Source: Candidatus Latescibacterota bacterium
GTDB taxonomy: Bacteria > Latescibacterota > UBA2968 > GCA-2709665
Assembly (NCBI GenBank): GCA_965205485.1
Contig: OZ242180.1
Span: forward strand, 928,001-992,000
Direction of reading: 5' to 3'
Length of the DNA stretch: 64,000 nt
Shown here: in pieces, positions 50,257 to 56,974 of the stretch
Position numbering within the stretch: the first letter of the stretch is position 1
How the letters are laid out: every line of letters begins with the position of its first letter
Made by a program: the position numbers and the translations under genes
The notes under the pieces: model-generated
The model's input: the letters and a program-made list of their open reading frames with translations, nothing else
The model's database searches: none
What the model was told of the DNA's origin: nothing

Positions 50257-51512
50257 ATGAAATCCTATCACGTTTTCGCCATCGCAATGGCCTTCTGCCT
50301 GGTTCTTCCGGCCCTTCCCTGCGAAGCCGAAATCGACAGGGAGCGCATGCGGCAGGACCTGGACATCATGGAAGGCATCCTGCAGAACCTCCACGCCAGA
50401 CGACGTCCAGGCTGGCCGGAATCCAACGAGAGCCACACGTTAGGGGATTGTACTTCGGAGATTATGGGGTCGTATTCCTGATTGAAGAACCCGGTTCGTC
50501 ACGATTTTTTTTCCCTGGTCCCAGATCCTCGCACCGTGTCACGAGGGTGTACAGAATGCAAGCTGATGGCGCTGATACGACTGACTTGAAGGCTCAACGT
50601 GAAAAGAAACTCATTGGAGTTAAGAATCAGCTAGCGGATTTTCTGGGCACGTACGCTGATGCGGTCCGGCAACTGACAGACGACGACCGTATTTCCATCC
50701 TGGTCTTTTTGAAACGCAATTCTCCTATGCGTTCTAAACTGAAGGCTGCGTCCGCTAGTGAATCAAATTTAAGATCAGCATTGCAGGTAGTATCAAAAGA
50801 CCGCCCCTTGGAATTGAAGGGAACCATTGATCCTGAAAGACAAAACAACGACACTTCTCGAAACAAGAAAGACCGGGAACGGAAGACGCAGCACTACACT
50901 GTGACGACCGAACAGTTCTACCTTGAGGCGACAACAAAAAAAAGCGATATCGTGGCATACCGCCGTGAGCGAATTAACGAGGCTCAGTTCAGGAAGAGAA
51001 TTGATTATCGTGAGCACAGAACGGACGGGACTACGATGAAAAAGATCGGAGTTATGGCTGCCATCCTCGATATGACACTAAACCAGCCCGCCCATCTGGT
51101 CCCAAACTCCAACAGAACCGCAGGCATATACCAGGAAGGGCTGGGGGCAATCTTCTTTGTGAAAGAGCACGGCGGGTATCGTAGAGAAATCAATCGAGCC
51201 ATTATCAGAGAGCTTAGATCCCCTACTTATCGCCACAGCCATGGGAATGTCATCAAATCAGAAAAGCAGCTTCAGAACCGGCTAAAGGGAGACCTGATTG
51301 AGGTGGTGGGGGACTACGGATATTCCCTGCGCACCCTCAAGCCTAGCGAATCCATCGTCGTGGACGTGCGGTTTCCGAAGAGAATGCGGAGAAAGCCATC
51401 CGATCCTCGAGGCCTTGTACTAATGGTAAAGAAGCAGGACGTAGATGCCTACACCCGGAAGGACATCGACCTGGCAGCTTTTCGCGAGAAAGTGGATATC
51501 CAGGAGTATTAG
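50257..51512 (+). pseudogene. Secreted hypothetical protein with two tandem homologous domains, frameshift near 50435
   Basis: AGGAG then ATG 50257 gives signal peptide MKSYHVFAIAMAFCLVLPALPCEA. The reading continues as VRGLYFGDYGVVF in the frame of ORF 50232-51512. Confidence 0.65.
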
Positions 51513-51541
51513 ACCCGCGGAGAACTGTCCCCGGAGGCGGG

Positions 51542-51567
51542 CGGGCGCCCACAAGGGACGCCCCTAC
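51542..51567. repeat. REP-like palindromic repeat (GTAG type), copy 2
   Basis: Identical 26-mer to 7481-7506. Confidence 0.8.
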
Positions 51568-51688
51568 ATGCGATGAGGAGTGAATCAGGATTGCGGGCGC
51601 AGGATCGGTACGGCCAACCGTGTATCTTGCGGTACGGTCGCCGGACCAGCGCCTCCAACGTTTCAGGCGAACTGCATTGTACCGAAAT

Positions 51689-51728
51689 CGGCGCCGTTAT
51701 TTGAAACGCACGGCGCCGGGTTTTTTTT
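51689..51728 (+). terminator. Intrinsic terminator candidate
   Basis: CGGCGCCGT...ACGGCGCCG 9-bp stem followed by GG and 8 T. Confidence 0.6.
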
Positions 51729-51864
51729 GCCCTATGGCGGGCGGCTTTTTTGTATTTCGGAATGCAAGCCGTCCGGGTACCGGTTATTCCACGTGCTTTG
51801 AATGGGCTTTTTAGCTGGATCTGATCTGAGGACAGCGTGTTGAACGGGGATTTTATAAAAAACC

Positions 51865-51934
51865 TTGACAAGCCGACTTGATTGTTTTATATATAAAACA
51901 AATTATTGACTATACAAAATAACGTTTATATTAT
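51865..51934 (+). promoter_or_regulatory. Tandem sigma70-type promoters with a perfect 20-bp palindromic operator
   Basis: TTGACA(51865)-N17-TATATA and TTGACT(51906)-N17-TATTAT; palindrome TTGTTTTATATATAAAACAA at 51882-51901 in a very AT-rich patch. Confidence 0.7.
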
Positions 51935-52008
51935 ATCCCATTTGTTTTAAACAGAGTATTCATCCGATCCCGATTGGCAGATCAGGTACAGGGAGGGAGT
52001 AAAAAAGC

Positions 52009-53385
52009 ATGAAAAGAGATCGACTTATAGCAGGCTCCGCCGCGTCGTGGAAGTTCATTCTACTTACGCTGATTCCCGGCTTCCTCGTGTTCTCTCTCGA
52101 AACCGCCGCCGCGCAGGACGGCGCAGCCTCCGGAACGGACAGTGATGTAGCGAGCGCAGAGGTCGAGATGGCCAAGGTCGAGGCGGAGGAGCAGGATACC
52201 AGGGTGGATGAGGTCGACATCAAGGAGCTCGAGCGTCGGATCGAGTTGCTCGCCGAGGAACTCGAACGGCTGCGCAGCGGCGAGCCCGAGTACGAGATGA
52301 CGCTCGACCAGGTCCGCGCGCTCGGGCTGGCGCCGTCGGCGGCCGCGACCTACAAGATCAAATCGGGCGTATCGATTGCCGGGTACGGCGAAGCGCTCTA
52401 TGAGAACCACGCCTCGGACAAGACCGACCAGTTTGACTACCTGCGGGCGATCCTGTACGCCGGCTACCGGTTCAATGACCGGTTCCTGTTCAATTCGGAG
52501 ATCGAGGTCGAGCACGCCAAGGAGATTTTCGTCGAGTTCGCGTACGTCGACTTCCTCGCAAACGAGAATATCGGCGTTCGGGCCGGCATGCTGCTGGTCC
52601 CGATGGGACTGGTCAACGAGTTCCACGAGCCGACCGTCTTCCTCGGAGCCGAACGACCGGTGACCGAGAACAAGATCATCCCGTCGACCTGGCGGGAAAA
52701 CGGGGGCGGCGTCTACGGCGCGTACGAAAAGTTCGCCTTCCGCGCCTACGTCGTCAATGGCTTCAACGGTTCCGCCTTCTCGTCGAGCGGCGTTCGAGGC
52801 GGCCGGCAGAAAGGTGGAAAGGCCAAGGCGAACGATTTCGCATTGACCGGTCGCCTCGATTTCACGCCGACTCCCGGCGTGTTCCTCGGCGCCAGCTTCT
52901 ACACCGGAAATTCCGGACAGGGGGACATCGTTGTCGACGGCAGGAATTACGGCGTCCGTACGAACATCTTCGACGTCCACGCGCAGGTTCAGATGCGCGG
53001 CTTCGACCTCCGGGGTCTCTTCGCACAGGCGCAGATCGAGGACACGCCCCAGCTGAATCATGTGCTCGCGCTGTCCGGCTCGAGCGGCGTCGGCAAGAAG
53101 CTGCAGGGCGGCTACGTGCAGATCGGCTATGACCTGCTGTCGCAGGCGTCGGGGACCGGCGACGTGGCGCTCACTCCCTACATCCGCTACGAGAAGGTCG
53201 ACACACACGCGGCCGTCACGACCGGATTCACACGGAGCGCCTCCAGGGACAATACGTACACGACGTTCGGACTCGATCTGAAGCCAACACCGGGCGTCGT
53301 CGTCAAGGTGGACCACATGTGGGTGAACAACCCCGCCGACAGCGGCGTCAACCAGTTCAACGTCAACGTCGGGTACGCGTTCTAG
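52009..53385 (+). CDS. Outer-membrane porin-like beta-barrel with N-terminal coiled coil
   Basis: Signal peptide, coiled coil (IKELERRIELLAEELERLR), SIAGYGE, FNSEIEVEH, NEFHEP, IIPSTW and C-terminal VGYAF beta-signal. Confidence 0.82.
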   Translation: MKRDRLIAGSAASWKFILLTLIPGFLVFSLETAAAQDGAASGTDSDVASAEVEMAKVEAEEQDTRVDEVDIKELERRIELLAEELERLRSGEPEYEMTLDQVRALGLAPSAAATYKIKSGVSIAGYGEALYENHASDKTDQFDYLRAILYAGYRFNDRFLFNSEIEVEHAKEIFVEFAYVDFLANENIGVRAGMLLVPMGLVNEFHEPTVFLGAERPVTENKIIPSTWRENGGGVYGAYEKFAFRAYVVNGFNGSAFSSSGVRGGRQKGGKAKANDFALTGRLDFTPTPGVFLGASFYTGNSGQGDIVVDGRNYGVRTNIFDVHAQVQMRGFDLRGLFAQAQIEDTPQLNHVLALSGSSGVGKKLQGGYVQIGYDLLSQASGTGDVALTPYIRYEKVDTHAAVTTGFTRSASRDNTYTTFGLDLKPTPGVVVKVDHMWVNNPADSGVNQFNVNVGYAF

Positions 53386-53494
53386 TCCTGTCGCGTTGAT
53401 TCCTCTCCAATCGCCCGCCGATTCATCCCGTCTCACGGCGTTGGGCCGACTTTGCGCAGGTCGTCTGCGTTAAGTCGCCGGTTCCGGAGCGATG

Positions 53495-53513
53495 CCCTGA
53501 TCCTGTCGAAGGG
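53495..53513. repeat. Short intergenic repeat (CCCTGA..CTGTCGAAGGG type)
   Basis: Resembles the reverse complement of CCCTTCGACAAGCTCAGGG at 62448-62466. Confidence 0.5.
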
Positions 53514-53598
53514 CCTGTCGAAGGATGCGAGACGGTTGACTCGACGGGCGAATTTTGGCAACTTATTTTCCGGACACGACACTGGGAGAAGGCCGATC

Positions 53599-54186
53599 AT
53601 GGTGCAGAAGTCGTCCGCCGGGCGGGCTGCGCACAGGCGCGTTGTGAGCGTTCTGGTCACCTGGCTCGCGCTCGCAGGCGGCGCGGCTTCCGAACAGTCC
53701 GGTGTCGTGTCGCGCCAGGAAGCGCTGAACGCGGTCTTCGCCGGCGCGACAATCACCGGGGATCGCGTCTACCTGACGTTCGAGCAGGTGGAACGGATAG
53801 CCGCGCTGGCGGGCGAGGACGTGCGGACCCGAATCTACGCCCGGTACGTAGTGCGGCGCGATGGCGTCGTCGTCGGCAGAGCGTACGTCGACACGCACGT
53901 GGTGCGGACCAAACGCGAGAGCCTGCTCATCTCGCTCGAACCGGACGGGCGGGTGCGCCGCATCGACGTGACCGCATTTCTCGAGCCGCCCGAGTACATC
54001 CCCTCCGAGCGATGGAAGGGTCAGTACTACGGGAAACCGCTCGTTGACGACGTCGCTCTCCACCGTGCGATCCGACCCATCGCGGGGGCGACGCTGACCG
54101 CGCACGCCGTCAACGCCGCCGTGCGCCGCGTGCTGGCCCTCGACATGGTGCTGGAGGGACGCGAGCCCGGGAGGGAAGGGCAATGA
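53599..54186 (+). CDS. FMN-binding domain protein (flavinylation substrate)
   Basis: Signal-like N-terminus, FLEPPEY, and IAGATLTAHAV resembling the [S/T]GA[S/T] flavinylation motif; ATGA overlap with the next gene. Confidence 0.78.
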   Translation: MVQKSSAGRAAHRRVVSVLVTWLALAGGAASEQSGVVSRQEALNAVFAGATITGDRVYLTFEQVERIAALAGEDVRTRIYARYVVRRDGVVVGRAYVDTHVVRTKRESLLISLEPDGRVRRIDVTAFLEPPEYIPSERWKGQYYGKPLVDDVALHRAIRPIAGATLTAHAVNAAVRRVLALDMVLEGREPGREGQ

Positions 54187-54647
54187 CCTGGTGGGAACGC
54201 TGGGGTTTCAATACTTTCCACGTCATTGTCACGGGAACCGGGATCGTCTACTTTTACATGAAGTACGCCATGACGACCGATGACCCGTTCGCCGTCGTCA
54301 ACCATCCGTGGCAATCCGCGACGCTGTCGGTTCACATCCTCGTGGCGCCGCTGTTCGTCGCTTTCTTCGGTATGTTGTTCCGCTCGCACTCGTTACGGAA
54401 GCTGCGTTCACGAAAGCCGGCAAACCGACGGTCCGGATGGACCTCGCTTCTGAGCTTCACGGTGATGGCCCTCAGCGGCTATCTGATACAGGTCGTGAAC
54501 ACACCGGCGCTCATCACTTTCTTCATCTGGACCCACGTCGCGGCCAGCGCAGTTTTCGTTGTCGGCTACGGCCTCCATCTCGTCAACGGCTGGCGGATCA
54601 CTCCCCGCAGGGCGAATGCCACCGCCTCGCGAATGCCGAGACCATGA
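54183..54647 (+). CDS. Membrane protein with His in TM helices (cytochrome b/DUF4405-like)
   Basis: About 4 TM helices; SVHIL, RSH, WTHVA and GLHLV histidines; ATGA overlaps on both sides. Confidence 0.6.
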   Translation: MTWWERWGFNTFHVIVTGTGIVYFYMKYAMTTDDPFAVVNHPWQSATLSVHILVAPLFVAFFGMLFRSHSLRKLRSRKPANRRSGWTSLLSFTVMALSGYLIQVVNTPALITFFIWTHVAASAVFVVGYGLHLVNGWRITPRRANATASRMPRP

Positions 54648-55732
54648 GGACGCTCACGCTGAACCGACTCGCGGTGCGCCGCGCGGTACCGTGGGTCCTG
54701 TGGTTGGGAGTCGCGGCCTGCGCAACAGGGTCGGCTTCCGCGCGCGACACGGGTGGAAGGTATCCAGTCCGCATCGAGCGCACCGTGTTCCTCATGGGCA
54801 CGTACGCCACCTTCGTGGCTGAGACCGAGGATCGTCAGACCGGTCTGGCGAAGCTGGAACGTATGGTCCGCGTCATCGAGGACACCGAAGCTGAGCTCAG
54901 CACCTGGCGGGACGACAGCGTCCTCAGTGCCGTGAATGGACAGCCTGTGGGAACACCCCTGCCTGTCCCGGCCGCCATCTGCGGGCTCTTCTCCCGCATT
55001 GCAAAGTGGCATGCGGCCACGGACGGCGCGTTCGATCCGGCCGTAGGCAACCTCATCAAGGCGTGGGATCTGCGCGGAGAAGGCAGGGAACCGGATGACG
55101 GCGAGGCGCTGGCGGCGCTGGCCGCTTCAGGCTTCGACAAGCTCGTACTCGATGCCGAGACGTGCGCCGTCACGCGGCGCGCAGCGGTCATTCTGGACGC
55201 GGGCGGATTCGGCAAGGGCGAGGCGCTGGATCGGGTCCGAGAGGCCGAGCGCAACCGGCGCGGCGCATGGTTCATCGATTTCGGCGGGCAGGTGGCAGTG
55301 TCCGGCGAAGCGTCCGATGGCCCGTGGTCAGTCGGGCTTGCACATCCGGCGCAACGCCAAAAGGCGGTTCTCGAGTTATCTCTCGCCGCCGGCTCAATCG
55401 CCACAAGCAGCGGGTCCGATAGGGACCCCGCCACGGCGGACGGCCGCCGCATCGGCCATATCGTCGACCCGCGCAACGGCCGGCCGGTCTACCGAACCGG
55501 GTCGGTCACCGTCTGGCACGAAAACGCATTCGTTGCGGACGTGCTCTCGACGGCGCTGTACGTCATGGGAAAGAAAGAGGGGATCGCCTGGGCCGTGCCG
55601 CGCGGCATCGCCGCGTGCTTCTTTTCCGCTGCCCCGCACGCGGACGATGTCGTGTTCCGCGCCACACCTGCATTCACGGCGCGTTTCCCACTGTCCGATT
55701 CACCGCCGGGAGAAGAAGAAACGAAGGATTGA
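54644..55732 (+). CDS. apbE: FAD:protein FMN transferase
   Basis: MGT, LSTWRDDSVLSAVN, TDGAFDPAVG, LDAGGFGKG, DFGGQ, IATSS, HIVDPRNG and ADVLSTA motifs. Confidence 0.92.
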   Translation: MRTLTLNRLAVRRAVPWVLWLGVAACATGSASARDTGGRYPVRIERTVFLMGTYATFVAETEDRQTGLAKLERMVRVIEDTEAELSTWRDDSVLSAVNGQPVGTPLPVPAAICGLFSRIAKWHAATDGAFDPAVGNLIKAWDLRGEGREPDDGEALAALAASGFDKLVLDAETCAVTRRAAVILDAGGFGKGEALDRVREAERNRRGAWFIDFGGQVAVSGEASDGPWSVGLAHPAQRQKAVLELSLAAGSIATSSGSDRDPATADGRRIGHIVDPRNGRPVYRTGSVTVWHENAFVADVLSTALYVMGKKEGIAWAVPRGIAACFFSAAPHADDVVFRATPAFTARFPLSDSPPGEEETKD

Positions 55733-55890
55733 GGTCGGGAAAGTTACACATGGCTACACGGATCGGCGCCTCGCGAATTCAACGCACGCCGATTTATCTT
55801 GTACTGTGGCGGGCGCCGTGTTTTTGACTTACATTTCAAAATGGAAGCCTGTCCGGACTCCGGTTGCCGCGCCACCGGCCAGATGACTGA

Positions 55891-56940
55891 ATGAACGCAC
55901 TCGGGAGCAATTCGATGCCGGTCAATCTCTCAAGAGACCTGAAACACAAACAAGACGGTTTCGGCGCCGAGCGAAACATCCACGAATACGAAAAAGGCTT
56001 CAGGGTGGCCAGGGACGCCGTCGCTGAGAATGAAGACAGCGACGACAGGATGGTCAGCGTTCTGTACTACGATCTGGTTACTGACTTCTACGAATACGGT
56101 TGGGGCAGATCATTTCACTTTGCCCCGCGTGTCCCTGGAGAAAGCTTCGAGGCATCGCTTGTACGCCACGAACGCTATCTGGCGCGGGTACTCGGCCTTG
56201 AACCCGGGATGGTCGTCGCCGACGTGGGCTGCGGCGTCGGGGGCCCGCTAATGGAGATCGCGCGATATTCCGGCGCCAGGATCGTCGGCGTGAACAGCAA
56301 CGCCTATCAACTCGAACGCGCCCGGGAACGTACGGTAGAAGCGGGGCTGACGCACCTGGTCGAGTTCCTGCAGTGCGACTTCCTGAACGTGGATGCCGCG
56401 GACGAGTCGTTCGACGCCGTATACGATATCGAAGCGACCTGCCATGCGCCGGATAAACTCAGCATCTATAGCGAGATCTTTCGTCTTTTAAAACCTGGCG
56501 GACGCTTCGGCGGTTACCAATACTGCCTGACCGATCGCTTCGACGCCAACGATCCCCAGCATCTCAGGATCAAGGCCGACATCCAGCTGGGTGGCAGCCT
56601 GTTCGTGATCGACGACACGCACACGGTCGATCAAGCGCTTCGATCTGTTGGCTTTGAGGTACTGGAAGCACGGGATCTTTCGATCCAGAATGGGCCGTCC
56701 ATCCCCTGGTTTCAACCTCTGATCGGTTCCGGTCTTTCTCTGACCGGCTTCCGCAGATCGAGGATCGGGCGCTGGGTCACGCGGAACTCGCTGAGATCGC
56801 TCGAAGCGCTACATATCGCGCCACGGGGATCGGCCCGCGTAGCAGCAACTCTGGACCTCTGCGCGGAGGCCCTGGCCGAGGCCGGCCGGCTCGGGATCTT
56901 CACGCCGATGTACCTCGTTCACGCCCGCAAACCAGCGTAA
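55891..56940 (+). CDS. Sterol 24-C-methyltransferase (Erg6/SMT)-like SAM-dependent methyltransferase
   Basis: YYDLVTDFYEYGWGRSFHF, DVGCGVGGP, IEATCHAP, LKPGG and the SMT C-terminal signature GIFTPMYLVHARKP. Confidence 0.88.
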   Translation: MNALGSNSMPVNLSRDLKHKQDGFGAERNIHEYEKGFRVARDAVAENEDSDDRMVSVLYYDLVTDFYEYGWGRSFHFAPRVPGESFEASLVRHERYLARVLGLEPGMVVADVGCGVGGPLMEIARYSGARIVGVNSNAYQLERARERTVEAGLTHLVEFLQCDFLNVDAADESFDAVYDIEATCHAPDKLSIYSEIFRLLKPGGRFGGYQYCLTDRFDANDPQHLRIKADIQLGGSLFVIDDTHTVDQALRSVGFEVLEARDLSIQNGPSIPWFQPLIGSGLSLTGFRRSRIGRWVTRNSLRSLEALHIAPRGSARVAATLDLCAEALAEAGRLGIFTPMYLVHARKPA

Positions 56941-56974
56941 AGCAATCCAATCGAGCTTGTTCACATCCTGCCAA

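Noticed and set aside
50232..50430. N-terminus of ORF 50232-51512 as given in the ORF track
   Set aside because: Low-complexity out-of-frame reading; the RBS-supported start at 50257 gives a signal peptide and completes the internal repeat.
19690..50440. Programmed frameshifting or phase variation as the cause of the split genes
   Set aside because: The break points lack slippery heptamers or long simple repeats and differ among paralogs; error or decay is simpler.
7599..53436. Long antisense or alternate-frame ORFs (e.g. 7599-8633, 13413-15080, 16922-18298, 23480-24901, 36634-38034, 44940-46772, 52060-53436)
   Set aside because: They shadow well-supported genes on the opposite strand, lack motifs, and are expected in high-GC DNA.
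52009..56940. Sterol methyltransferase as part of the flavinylation operon
   Set aside because: A 158-nt gap, no translational coupling and no known functional link; co-orientation alone is insufficient.
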